Shown here one piece after another: positions 12,580 to 26,350 of a DNA stretch of 64,000 nt. Origin of the DNA: Geosiphon pyriformis uo1 (Eukaryota > Fungi > Glomeromycota). Where the stretch lies: assembly GCA_016748015.1 (NCBI GenBank), contig JAAOMT010000534.1, forward strand, positions 76,654-140,653. Reading direction: 5' to 3'. The stretch's first letter is position 1; every line of letters begins with the position of its first letter. The notes beneath the pieces were generated by a model. That model worked only from the letters and a program-made list of their open reading frames with translations. It was not told the origin of the DNA and ran no database searches. Both the position numbers and the translations under genes were made by a program.

Positions 12580-13750
12580 ACTTATAGAGTAATCTAAGAA
12601 CATAAAAAAAAACAATTCTATATAACATGTATTTAAATTTTTTATTAGCATACTTTAGAAGAGATAACACAATTCAAAAAACTATTTTTGGCTTTAAATA
12701 AAAAAAATATTTACTAATATATTGAATTTTATAATAGTTGTCAAAAAAAAGAAAGAACATATTTTATAAAATTCCTAAATTCAATCAAAATTGAACAACT
12801 TTTTAATTAAATTAATATTAATTTAATTAAACCACTACTTATTACAACTCAAAAAAACTAATTTATTGTAGTTGCAATAGACTATTTAATAAAATAGCCA
12901 AAAATAAAAGCAATTTAATAAACAGATACAAAATAGTGGCAAATTTTATCTACAAAGACATTATTGTAAACATAAATGTTTAATTAAACTTTTATTCAAT
13001 CAAAAAAACATATTTTATAACCAATCTGATACCAAAAATTTGTAAAAAATTTAATATTAAAAAACTTTTATCTTTGTTTTATTATCCACAAATAAATAAA
13101 TTTGTAAAATATTTCAACAAAATGCTTTGTGAATTATTAGCCAAAGTTTTAATGAATTTTGAGTAAAAATAGAATATTTTTATTCCATCAGTATTACTAA
13201 TATATAGAATATTAAAACAAAATATTACAAAACAAACACTATTTAATCTAATTTATAAAAAAACAGCAATATTATTAATTAATTTTACAGTAGAATTTTA
13301 TTCAATCCAACCAATTACAAAGAACAATTTTCAGAAAACATTACAAAAAAAAGCCTATATACTTCTTAGTATACTAGAAAAAAATAACATATTACAACTA
13401 TTTATATAGAATATTTTTAAACTTAACAAAAAAAACAGCACAATAATAAACTGCTATCAGTTATTAACGAATTTAAAGTTAAAAATAAAGTTTTTTTTTT
13501 ACATAGAACTAAGACTAAAAAACAATAAAGTAGAAAATTTAATCATAAATAAGATAAACTATTTTTTATACACGAAATTTTAGGAAATAAATTATACAAG
13601 TTAAGACTTAATAATAAGGTTTTAAAGAAAGTTGCATATAGTAACTAATCTCACAAATTAGTACACAACTCCTCATGATTAATCTTAAAAATATTCTCCA
13701 AAATTTAAAACCAATAGTTATTATTAAACCATTTCTAAATCTGAACATTT
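12580..13750 (+). pseudogene. Gypsy integrase relic
   Basis: HHCC remnants; IVVAIDYLIK*PKIKAI (~12865-12915); YYPQINKFVKYFNKML (cf. YHPQTNGLVERFNKTL); decayed GPF/Y motif ~13550-13600. Confidence 0.85.
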
Positions 13751-13897
13751 AAATTTAAATTTTTTCTATAGTTACTTCTTATATTTAAAAACAATTTCAC
13801 AAAAACAAAACAAAAACAGCACAAAAAAACAAAACAAAAATAACATAAAAACCTTACTAAAAATAATTTTACTTATACAAATTTTGCATTAATTATC

Positions 13898-14570
13898 ATG
13901 ACTTTTTTCAAAACATTTAACAACTATCTCAAAAATTAATTTTAGTCTTAAAAACACTACCCGAATTATCTATAACTATTACTAAAAAACATATTAATTA
14001 TATACAGACAAAATTAGTTACAATTTTACTCACAAATTTACGAAATTACCACTCTTGTAAAAGAAACATAAGAAGTTAATCTGGAATTTACTTATTAAAA
14101 CTTTTAAAGCAAGCTTTAAAAAAGAATTTAATGTTCATTTTTATTAACATTCTACCAAATGTCACAATTTAACAAAAACTTTAATAGTGTCTTAATGAAC
14201 AAAACAATGAATATTCTTCAATTTATAGATATTTCTATATAGAAAAAACTCTTTACAAAAGAAAACTGGAGCTTAAAACAGCAAATTTTACAACTAAAAC
14301 TATTTAAAAACAACTTTACGATAAATTTAAGATGACAACCAGATTGACAAACATTCATTACAAACTTAAAACAGCTTTTAAACTTTATAACCTATTTTAT
14401 ACTTGTAAAAATGTTTTATAAAATCCAATTTTACAATCTCTAAAGATTTAATACATTAGAAAGTTCACAAAATTAAAATTTAAACAATTTTTAGACCAAA
14501 TTTCTTCAATAATTTTGGATTACTATCTGAAAATTACAAACAGTACTTGGATTTTAATAGAGCTTAGTCT
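13898..14570 (+). pseudogene. Extra ORF between integrase and 3' LTR, function unknown
   Basis: ATG ACT TTT TTC at 13898; long readable stretches, e.g. FYDKFKMTTRLTNIHYKLKTAFKLYNLFYTCKNVL..FLDQISSIILDYYLKITNSTWILIELSLK, ending at the PPT. Confidence 0.55.
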
Positions 14571-14583
14571 TAAGGAGAAGTTA

Positions 14584-15550
14584 TATTATCACTCGAAATT
14601 TAAGATATTATTTAGCATGAAATTATTTTATAATTTTATTATTAAATAACATATATTATTATTTCAATTTATCACTTTTTATCTTATTAAATTATCTGAA
14701 TTATTATTTAATTAATAACCCAATCTGTACAAAACACAAATATAACCAAATTGCAATGATCAGATTATGCAATATACCGAACTATATAACATTTAAAATT
14801 CACTAAAATATTTAATAATTCACCAAAATATTAAACAGTTTACCAAAATAATTTATAGTTCATAGAAATAACTTGTAATTCAACGAAATATATTTTTAGT
14901 TTGCCAAAATATTAGAAAAAAAAAGAGTATTAGATCATAGAATAAGAATTATAACAAGTTGTATAAAAGAAGAGCTTTTTTTTTTAAGAAAATTTATCTT
15001 AATTAGAATCAATATTTTCTTTGTATCTTCTATACAAATCAATTTCAATAAAACTTACTTTAAAAAACATAAAAGTTTTTTACTATTCTTGTTGCAAAAT
15101 TAACTATTCTATATTAATATTTTAAAATTAATTAGCTACCAATTTTAGTAAATATTAATAACTTCTAAACCTAAATTCGAAATGACTTTTTTAATATATT
15201 TTTTTTCTTTAATTTATTTATTTTTTTTATATTATTAAATAGTTTACAGTTGAAATTTTTTGTAAAAAAATTGACTTTTACACAAAGTAATTACACACAT
15301 TTTGAAAAACTAACAAATGAAATTTTTTTGTAAAAGAATTAATTTTTACTGCAAAGTAATTATATAAATAATTGGCATAAAATTGGTCATTTTATTATAA
15401 ATTTAACACCATACACAGTTCAAAGTATAAAGAAATATTTTGGAAAAAAAATTAGCTTATTAGAAGTTTATTAACTTCTATTAACAACAGAATTATCAGC
15501 AAAATAGCATTAACAACATTCAGAAAAGGATAAAAAAATTTTTAATATCA
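14584..15550 (+). repeat. 3' LTR
   Basis: Starts TATTATC, ends ..AATATCA; ~210 bp longer than the 5' LTR. Confidence 0.88.
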
Positions 15551-18500
15551 ATACCAACTAAATCTTATTATAGTAAGTTTTTTTAAAACTATATACAAAA
15601 TTCCCAATTTTGTTAACAGCCACTTTAATATCTTTAAATACCACAAAAGTTTTTAAATATCAATTTCTAAATATAAAGTTTTTATTTAAAATAATATATA
15701 GTATGATACTTAAATTATATATTAAAAGCAACTAAAAAACACAAAACATAAATTAGCAAAAACCATTTATAAATTTTTATAATTTAGCATAAGTATTTAA
15801 TAAATACTAATAGATAACAGAATTTATTATACAAATAAAAAAATAATTTGAAAGTTTAAGCTTATTACAATACAAAAACAAAACACTTAAGTAATTTTAA
15901 TTAAAAAAGTATTTACAGATAGTTACAAATAGCCAATAATACAATATTTTTATAAAATATATATATAAATCTGTAGTTTTACTACTTATATATTTAGTAG
16001 TTATGTAAAAGTCAGAATATTAAACCAAAAAAACTAGATTTAATTAATGTTTTTTAGCAAAATTCTATTCACAATAGCAGCACTAAAACTTATTTTTTAC
16101 TGTATATAACAAATAAACTAAAAGATATTACAAACAAAATAACAGATATTTCCAAAAACAGCCATATTATTAGTTTTAATATAGTATTTATTAATACATA
16201 CAAAAAGTGTACAGCCAGAAAAAACAACAATACAAACTAGTATATTAGTTTTCTTATTATTTACTATATTAGAGTGTTTTTTAATTTTATATTAAATTGC
16301 CTAAAAACTTTTATTATTAATAATATTTATAATATAATATTTTTTAACTAATATTAATTATAAAAATTAGAACACAATATTTTTAATTCAAATAAATATA
16401 TATTAAGTGCTGTTTAACTATTAAAATAAATAATCAAAATACCAAAATCAAAAATATACTTTAGTTTTAAAATAATGATTTAAAGCTTAGCAAGTATTAA
16501 CAAAAGTAAACCCACTATTTTAATACTAACAGCAAAATTAACATTAGAAAAAAAAACAATAGTATTATATTTTATACTAAAAATGTCTAAATCTATCAGA
16601 AAATTATTAGTATATACTTTAATTGTGTTTAAATTGGCTGTTATTAGATAATTTTTTAAACCAAAAAGTTTTTTTAAGCTGAAAATATCTAAAGATTCAA
16701 AAAAACAAATTAAAAATAATATACTATACTGCATATTACTATTTAAAAATTCATCTGTTAATTTAAATCAAATGAAAATAAAACACTTAAGTAATTAGTT
16801 AATATTAAAAAACACAGAATATTTTATTTAAATATTAAAAACAAACATTAAATTATTTATAAAAAATAGATTAAGATCTAAAAATAACTTGACTATATTT
16901 GCTAAAAAATTGTTTGCAAAACTAATTTTTAATTTAATTAGATATTGCAATAAATAATCAAAAAACCAACTTAAAATTTGCAAATTCAAAAACTTATAAT
17001 TGAATAAATAATTCAAAATACTATTAATATTAAAAAACGAAACTACAACAGCTATTTTATTCTTAGTTTGAATTTGATTAAATAACTTTAACTCATATAA
17101 TATAGAATAATAGATGGCTTTATTTAGAAAATTTTTTGGCAAATTAGATTTAGTTTTCAAATATTTTTGAATTATAATGTCTTATTTTTTTACATAAACT
17201 TACAAAAATAAAACTAAATTGCATCTTATAACTAATTATAAACTACAAAACAGCTAACACCAAATACAGAAACCATTTGTTTGTAATAATTTTCTTTAAA
17301 ACTATATTTACAAAAAACTTAATATTCAAATAAGTTTTTATTATACTGGATTTTAAAAAACTGTTTATTAATAAAAATATATTCAAATATCTATGTAATT
17401 TACTTTTTTTTGCAATCGAAATAGAGAAGCCACTAATAGATAAATATGTTTTTTTTACTTTTTTATTAATTAAAATAGTCATAATTTTATTATTATTATT
17501 TATTAAAATATTATTGATCAAAAAAAATTTACTTATAATATATAAAATATGCTAAATAATAACTTAATTACTACTTATTAAAATCATATTATTAATTAAA
17601 GTACCAGCAGCAAAAAATAAAATTAGATTAATATGTAATTTATTTCTACTAGTTTTAGTTACAAATTTAGTATTTATATAATAACTGCACAACATTTTTT
17701 GTCTTTTAATCTCATACAAAAGAAGATTATAAAATATTCTTCAAAGAAATAAAAAAAACTTTACTTTGGTCTAAGCTATTATTTATTTTGTATCTATTTG
17801 TTAGGTCGAAATTTGTCATAACATAAATAATTCTATAATTGTGTATATTTTCAAAAACTTTACAAACTTGTTACATATCTTAATTCAGATTAAATTGTTC
17901 TTTAATAATATTAACTTACAGAATTATATACTTTATATATATTTTATAGAACCAATTAAAGTTTATAATTCTTTTTCAAAACATTTTTTATCACAAAACT
18001 AATTATAAAAATTAGAAATTAAATCATAGTGCTTTTTAAAACTAAAAAATTGTTTCTATAGAGAACATTAAACTTATTACAAGCTAAAAAAATTCTATTA
18101 AAAAGAATCTTAAAAATTTTTTTTAGCAGTTTTGATTGAAGCAATGAATTATATATTAATCAAAAATTTTTTTATTTATAAGATTTAAAAATTATAGACA
18201 CCTAAATTTTTTTTCAAAACTATAGAACGAACTTATATACCAAAAAAAATTTAATAAATTCAAAAGCATATACAAAACTAAATTATTATAATGTTTTTAC
18301 AATTTATTTAAAATATCAAATAAGCCAACAGCTTTGTTATCTAAAAGCAATCAAATCATATTAAATATTTTATCAAAATTAATAGCATTTATAATTTTAG
18401 AAAAGACACTATTTTTTATATGTTTTAAGAATAAATATTGATATTGTCAAAAATTTAAAATACTGTACAAAATCATTTTTTTTATTTAACTTTTTATAAT

Positions 18501-21500
18501 ATGATTTACTTTTAACTTAACTTCAATAAAATTTAAGACTAATTTATTACTTATTATTAGATAATTAAAAGCCATTCTATAAAATAGCTTTTTCAAAATA
18601 CTTTTAATTATGCATTTTTTATTGATTGTAAAATTTTTTATATACTTAGAAATAAATAATTTAATTTTAGTCTTTTGGTTTTAATAAATTTAGAAGCATG
18701 ATAAAACTTCTTGGCACTAAACAACTTGAATTAAATTTTATTAAAAAAATATTTATATTTACTAGAACTTGAATTTTTTTAGTTTTAGTTTTATTAAAAA
18801 ACAATCAGCAATTTATTAAAAAAACAAACTTAATAATAAATTTATTTGCAAAACCTTAACAATTTTCAATACCAAAATCTTCAACTTATGTAATTTAGAA
18901 AAAAACTTAATATAGATATTATTATATTTTTTATGTTATACCTTAAAGAACATTTTATTTGTCAAAAAACACACAATCTTTTTAATAATATTTTAAAAAG
19001 CATTTACATTTAAAAACTTATTTAAAATAATAATTTTTTAACTAAATAATATAAAATTAGCCGATATAGTATTCTTAAACTTAGCCTATTTTGTATTATC
19101 TGTACTTTTAACATCATATTTTTAATAGTTTCTGTTTATAGATTTGCAAATAAAAAACAACTACATATTTAAAAAACTTTTTAAATTAATAAAAACAAAA
19201 ACAACTTAATAGTTCATGCCAAAAAAATTGCAGATATTTAACATATTATGATTAAAAAAACTTGTAAAAATAAAAATATAGTCTATTGTTTTTTTAATAC
19301 TCTTGAAATTTTTTCAAGTAAAAACTTTAACTAGTATACTTTTAATCAAAAAATTAACCAAATTAAGATCCAAATATTTTTTGAAACTAATATTTTTTCA
19401 AGAATTATTTTTATTAAAATCATTATCTAAAACTACAAAAAAAATTCATTAATAGTTTTAACAATCAATACATTAATGTTTTTCATTTAATTAAAACATA
19501 TAATTATAGTTGTATTAGCATATAAATTTAAATAGATATTAAAAGTTTGTTTTTAAAAAGTAACTTAATTTACAAAAACCAACTATTTATTTTAATAATT
19601 TTATATATATGTTTAGTCAAATTATTATTTATAAGAATAGCAATACTAATATTTAAATAACTAGAATTCAAACCAAAAATATAGATTTATATACTATTAA
19701 ATTTATTTATAATTTATAAACAAATTTTGCTCTTTAATTTTGTTTTTGTAACAATTGAAATTAAATTATCTTTATACTTATATTATCTAACAATATTATT
19801 TTTTTTTGCAGAATTATTTATTTTATATATACTCTATATAGTAATTTTTCAAACAAACTTAGTTATTAAAAAAAAAGATGTACTATAAGCAAGAACCAAA
19901 CTATTAAATCTAATTATTAAACTTATAACTATTGTAAACAGACTATTTAATTGAAATTTCAATTTAACAATATTTAAAAATCTTAAAAAACTAATAATAT
20001 TATAGTTTTATTATTAATAAATACACTTAAATTTTTTTTTATTACTATCTTATTTATTTAATTCTATAAGAAAAATGATTATTAATGACTAATATTAAGA
20101 ATTTAACTAGAAAATTTTTAACACAAATGTTTCTAATCTCTTAATCAACTTGTTAATATGTTTTATAAGATTAATAAAACTGTGTTTTAATTTAGCAAAT
20201 TAAAAATTCAAATTTTAAACACTAATAAAAAAGATATATCTGTATTAATATAATTAAAACTAAAAAAAAAACTTTAATTAAAAGCATACTAACAACAAAA
20301 ACCCAAAATTTATTATTAAAAGCTATTAAATATAAGATAAAAACCAACTTTTTTGCATAAATATTTGTTAATCTAAACTGAATAAAACTTAACAGTAGAG
20401 CTTTTTTTAATTGATAATATACTTATTTGCAACTAATTTACAATTGATAAAAGTATGTTTAACTTTATTATAAGATAAACAAATTATTAAGATCAAATAA
20501 AATTAGTAAAATATAATGCTTTTTATAAAAAACATTACAATCACAGTTTTAGTTAAACTGTTTTTTAAATTAAAATATATAGTAGTATACTTAACACAAA
20601 AATAGTTAACAGAATTATAATTAATTATATAAGTTTTTTTACTAATTAAACCAATAAAATTTCAAAAATCATAAACAGTTGTATCTATTAAAAAATATAA
20701 AACAAAGCTTTATATATATTTTTAGTAACTTATAATTACTTATTAATATCAATTCTAATTATATTAATTGTATTTTTTCTAATAAAAATAGACTATTAAA
20801 ATATTAAAAATTAGTTTTATTTTAATTATTTATTTTCATGATTACTTTTTGTTATAATTTTATCAATTATATTTTAATTGATCTAATAGCATTATATTTA
20901 GCTAAAACAATTTGTATAGCTTTTATAGATTTTTTTACAGAAATTTTTTTGATTATTATTGTTTAATTTATTTAATTGTTTACTGAATATTTAAAATTAA
21001 TATTTATTATAATATCTGAATTATTTTACCAAATTTTGAAATAATAAAAGTTTTTTCCAAACCATTTACACTAAAAAACAAGTTTTTAATAATCTTTAAT
21101 TTTTTCTGATATAATTTTTTAATTACTGTTAAAAAATTAATATCCAAAACAAAAAATTTTTAAACCAGAATATTGATTAATAGCTTTAGAAAAAAAGGTA
21201 AAAAAAGAGAAAAAACCTCTTAAAATATTATTTTTATTATTATTGTTAATATTAAAGTTAATTTACTCAAAAAATTTCCAAAATACATACTTTATAACAA
21301 TTTTTTTGGCTTTTTAAAGATTATATTGATATTTTTATGCTCTAATTTCTTAGCACTTTTAAGTTAAAAATTCATTTTTTCTATAAAAAACTCTTTATTT
21401 ATATTTATACTCTTTGTATTAATAATGTTTTCAGCTTTAGAACCAGTTATTCTACCAGTTTTAAACATATTTTAAGAAGTATTAATACCAATTACAAAAA

Positions 21501-21700
21501 CAGATTTTTTCAAAACACTACTTTTGTATTTTTTTTAGTAAATAAATTCAAAATTATTAAGCTAATACTAGATTTTTTCTTGGCTTCTTTTATATTTAAA
21601 CTACTGTTAACATTAGCAGTTTTATATTCAAACAAAAAAAATTTTGAGATATCTAACTAAATAGTAAGATATAAACAAAAACAGAAAAAAAAAGCATGAA
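15551..21700 (-). mobile_element. LINE copy 1 body: ORF1 + ORF2 (APE endonuclease, RT, RNase H), dead
   Basis: APE start ~19860 (..LISIVTKTKL, cf. TETKL); RT NSLDQSKV..RIFYNLLLYEIKR (cf. DGLDQGE..SPLLWRIFYDPL) and FAAGTLINNMI (cf. AFVDDT) ~17580-17780; RNase H IKVYTNNF..LAKL (cf. VYTDGS..AEL) in the 16480-16734 ORF. Confidence 0.85.
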
Positions 21701-22699
21701 AAAAAATCTTATTGTTGATAATAAAACTATAATAAAAAATTAGGTTAATTTAAAACTAATAATTTTTTTAATTTATAATAAAGTTGTATATATAGTTAAA
21801 CTATTCGAAATTTATATACTATATTAGTATTATTTTAATTATATTAATTATTTATTTATATTAAATTAATTGATTAATTAAATTTAAGCTTAATTATATT
21901 ATTTTTTTAAAAGTTAATAATTTAAATAATCAGATTTAGAGAATTTAATTTAAAACATTAATTGTATATTAATAATATTAAGTGTAATTATAATTAATAT
22001 ATTTAGAAGCAAATTTAATTATATTTTTTGGTAATTATTTTTAAATATTAAATTATTCAAATAAAAATATATAAAAATTTTAAAGCATAATAAATCTTAT
22101 TGTTATTAAATATTATATTTTAATTATTAATTTTTATTAATATTTTTTAATTTGCCAAGATTTTTTTTATTCAATTTAAATTTTAATTAAATTAATTCTT
22201 AATTTTTTACTTTTTTATTGTCAGTTAATATTTATTAAATTAATTTTAATGATATGATTTTTTTATATAATTTTAATATTAATTTTTATAATATGTGTTG
22301 TAATTTTTGCATAAAAATACTATAATACTAATCAAAAACAACTTAATGAGATTAAAAAAAAACATTTTAATCAAACAAATTTTATTTAATATATGATTAA
22401 AAACTAAAAATATTTAACTTATTTATTTAAAACTTTATTAATTAAATTATTGAAATAATAAATTTAATAAAAAAGAAATAAATCAAATAAAAAAGCTAAA
22501 ATTTATATAAAAAATTAAAAGCAAATAAATATTTTTCACTATAATAATATATCCTATAATTTTGTATTAATTACTAAATAAAATATGTATTTATTATTAA
22601 GAATTAATAATATTTTTAATCAATTTAAAAACTTAACTTATTTTATTAAAAATAATTTTTTATTTTTACAAATAAAACTTAAACATTATTTAGCCTACT

Positions 22700-23620
22700 A
22701 CATCAAAACTAAATAATTTAAATTAAACATAAATCATGTATTTTTTATATATAACCAACTATTTAAGCTAATTAAAACAACATTATTAATTTATCTTAAC
22801 AAAAACTTTATTATTAATATTTAAAAAAAATGTGCACAATTTATGCAATTCAAAATAAACATTTAAATTTTTTGTAATTCCAAGCAATTTTACAATATTA
22901 TTAAAAGCCAAAATAATAAATCACAAACAAAAAAATTATAAAACTATTATAGAATATTAAATCATTTTTTTTTATAACTACTCTGAATTTAAATTATATT
23001 AACTATATTTTATAATATATTATACTCAGATTATATATAAAATTTACATCTTATCAATAATAATTTTAGTAATTCCAAAAATAAAAAAATTTTAAATATT
23101 ACTTCTTAAAAACAAAAACTTTGTGCAAAACAATATATAATAGATTATTAAATATACACAAAAAAACAGCTGTAAAATACTTAATAATAACTAATACAAA
23201 CTTAACATAAATTTTTACAGAGTTATATATAAATTTAATAGTCTTTTACAAACCCCAAAATTCATCTTACATGAAAATAATAATCAGAAAACTCAATTTT
23301 ACCACAATAAAAACACAAAATACTGTAATAATATTTATTATATAGTTATTTTCAAACATTAATAGACAAATAGCAGTACAAAAATTTCATAAAATAAGAA
23401 TGCAAGTTTTTATAGATTTATTTATCTGTTTTGAAGCCATATGCAAATTAAAATACTAAATCAAAGATAATTTAAATCAATTAATGTTTTTAATTAGATT
23501 TTTTTAATTATTTTAGCTTTAAAACCAGCTTTTTAATAAACATAAGATATAATTTTAAAAACATTTTAAACAAAATACTATGGATTGACAAAAACAGTTA
23601 TACTACTAATTTTAATACAT
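22700..23620 (-). mobile_element. LINE copy 2, 3' part of ORF2
   Basis: Decayed C-terminal domain YFMK..ILCFYCGKIE..; terminal IVKLLGITKNLNVYFELHKLCTFF is homologous to 5860-6000. Confidence 0.7.
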
Positions 23621-25738
23621 ATTTTTATAAATATAAATAAAAAGTAGAATTTTCTTTTATTTTTTCGTATTTTTATAATTTTTTTCTAAGTAAATTTTGT
23701 TTTTCTATACTAAAATTTTCTTCTGCTAATTGCTTTTTAAATCTAATTACCTTTTTTAATGTTTCATATGCTTCTCTAATTGTAATTATAGCAGGTGGAG
23801 ATTCTTCTAATTTTTCTTTCGAGTCATTAATTGTATTGGTTTTAATTTGAGCATTGGCTAAAACCATATTAACAATCTTATTATCATCAAGAATATTTTC
23901 AGTTGTCAATAATTCATCAACTGCTACAGTATAATCTTCGAGATTTTTGACTAATTGTTGTGCATTTGATGGTAAATTCTTAAATATATCCATAGAAATT
24001 GATGTTTCGGATTCTTAAATTTCTAATTCTTGATTATAAAAAAGAATATCCATTTTTTGCTAACAGTTTTAAATTGTAACAGGTGTTACTTGAAACCATG
24101 ATTGAACAACATAATCAATTGCTTGTTTTATGTTTAATTTATTTCTAAAAAATAAATTAATATTAGATAAAATTATATAATATATAATGATAATAATACT
24201 GTATATATTATATTACTTAACTATTCAATATTAATTTTTTGCTCAAATTGATGTAAAATATGTTGACAATATAAGTACTTATATTTGCCTTTAAAAAATT
24301 TGATAATGTCAACATCCATTGGTTGAAGATGTGATGTAGTATTTAGAAGAAAATAGTACAAAGTAATATTGGTTAATTGGAATAAATCTTCTTCAATTTG
24401 AGTATGATGAGAAGTTGCATTATCAACCAAAAGTAATATATGCCGATTTTGAATTCGAAAGCCTTCATTGATATATTTGAGCCATGCTTTGGAATTGAAT
24501 TTGTAAATACAGGTAGGTTAGAAGTATTAATTCCTTTAAAGCATCTTGGATTTTTTGCATGTCTAATTACTAAAGGTTGCAATTTGTGAGATCCAGTTGA
24601 ATTTATAGCAAGAAGAATTGTAATCCGAAATTTATCCTATAAAAAACCCAATTAATTTAATATAACAATAATATATAACGATAACAATTGGTAAATATAA
24701 TATACCAATTTTTTTTCTGCATTTCGACGTTTTACAAGTGTTTGATTTGGTCCCATACGAAAAAATAATCCTGTTCATTAGCATTATAAATGTCTGCAGG
24801 ATCAAATTCGGATATAATGGTTTTTAATTTTCTTCATTTTTCTGGTAAACTTTCAATTGATACACTTCCTGGTTCCCCATGAAATCGGTAAACATGTAAC
24901 TGGTTTCGTTTTTTGAATTTTTGAACCCATCTATTTGAGAATTGTATTTCATTTTCGTGCATACCAAGAAGTTTGGCAAATTCTTTTCCTTTCTCTTTAA
25001 TTAGTTGATCATTGAATTTGATAGTGGCTGTAGTTACTTGTTCTATCCAATAACTTAAAGCTTGGTCTAATAATGGAAATTTAATGCTTTTGTGTCGAAT
25101 AGATCTTTCTGAGATTTCATCAATTTCAATATTCAACCACTTTGCATGCTCTTTGATTATCTTGGAGACAGTTGGATGAGAAATATGAAGTTCTGGATAT
25201 TTATGATTGAAGTAAGCTACAATATTATCATGTTTCATGCCATAGTGATTTTTGGAATATTGACAAATTTCTTTACGAAGAGCATTATTAACTGCTACTT
25301 GTTTTTGTTTTTTGAATAAAAGTTCCGACATTGTGATAATTTAGCAAGTCTGTTAGAAAATGTGCCTATAACATTAATATTAGATTTGGTTTTAGCAAGC
25401 CTGAATTAGAATACAATAGGGGCTAAGTGGTTGTACGTGAAAACAGATAAGATCAAAAAGAATAAGTCCAATGTAAATCGATTTAAAAGAAAGTTAGAAT
25501 AAAATTAATTCAATACATTCTAACTCTTCCCAATTACCAATTAACATCTAGCACGTGATATTTATTCTTATATGAAGGTAAATTTCGAATAAACATTTGA
25601 TAAAATTATGTTCTTGTTCCTCTATAGATTGTTCTTATGTAAAGGGAAAATTGTTAATTAATCAATTGGTTCTATAAAAAAATGTTCTTTGCAAGAGATT
25701 GTTCTTTTATTAAGAGTTCTTTTATGGAGGTCTGACTG
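23620..25738 (-). mobile_element. pogo/Tigger-family (Tc1/mariner) DNA transposon, truncated at the left
   Basis: Right end reads TA|CAGTCAGACCTCCATAAAAG on the minus strand (CAGT terminus, TA site at 25739-25740); encloses a CENP-B-like transposase; left TIR not found. Confidence 0.85.
23673..25331 (-). pseudogene. Tigger/CENP-B-like transposase (HTH + DDE_1) with two introns
   Basis: FPLLDQALSYW..IKEKGKEFA..FSNRWVQKFKKRNQL..HGE; IYNANE (DET>NE); RITILLAINSTGSHKLQPLVI..NPRCF; LLLVDNATSH; HLQPMDVDII. Introns 24637-24705 and 24145-24216; stops and frameshifts present. Confidence 0.88.
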
Positions 25739-25740
25739 TA

Positions 25741-26350
25741 TATACATATTTTATAAGACCAGTTACAATTCATGACTTTTTTTTATATATTCTTCACCAC
25801 ATATTTTACAGCAAAAACAGAAACTAAGTAAAAGTACTTTTAGAACTGAAAAATTATTATTATAAAGAACATCATACTGGTTGTATGCAAAAAAATTTTT
25901 ATCTAGGAGAATTTTGGATAAGTTTTTTTTTATTATTTTAATTAAAATAATAAACTAAATATTAATAAGTATTTTATTTTATTTTACTTATATAATTTAA
26001 GAATCATTAATATTTAAGCTTTTTTTAGATCAAATAAAAATTAATTAATTCATTCTAACAATAAACTCAAAACTATTTTATTATAGTGCTTTTACAATTT
26101 ATTTTTAATTCTAAATGTTTAATTTTCTTTATAATATTGTCAAAAGTAGAGTTATTAACATAATTAAGTAAAACATATTAATTATATTAAAAAACAAATA
26201 TTTTAATTGGCTTTGATATTGCTTTTACAAATTAGTTTTTTAATTAAAAAAATTTCTATTATTAAAAAAAACTTGATCTTAAGAATTTAATATTTAGAAT
26301 TTATTAAAAAATAGGTTTGCAAATAAAAGTTATTCGGGTTATTTAATGTT
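25741..26350 (-). mobile_element. LINE copy 2, RT N-terminal fragment
   Basis: Minus strand: MILKLYK* (MIPKPYEW), LSKILLD, NNFSVLKST (GDNFSVLKGT), EL*LVL*NMY (ELWLVLQDMR), ending at the pogo terminus. Confidence 0.75.

Larger units (their letters stand above)
6070..15550 (+). mobile_element. Full-length, dead Ty3/Gypsy LTR retrotransposon (~9.5 kb)
   Basis: Paired LTRs; 4-bp TSD ACAC (6066-6069)/ATAC (15551-15554); PBS-like TTTAGTGCTTTCC after the 5' LTR; purine tract AAGGAGAAG before the 3' LTR; domain order PR-RT-RH-IN. Confidence 0.92.

Noticed and set aside
4898-17521. K/N/I/L/F-rich ORFs (4898, 8652, 16480, 16828, 17243)
   Set aside because: Chance-open remnants or antisense frames of hypermutated TEs, not functional genes
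23560-23680. Left TIR of the pogo element
   Set aside because: CAGTTATACT at ~23595 does not match the right TIR; ~2 kb of the host LINE is also missing, consistent with a deletion
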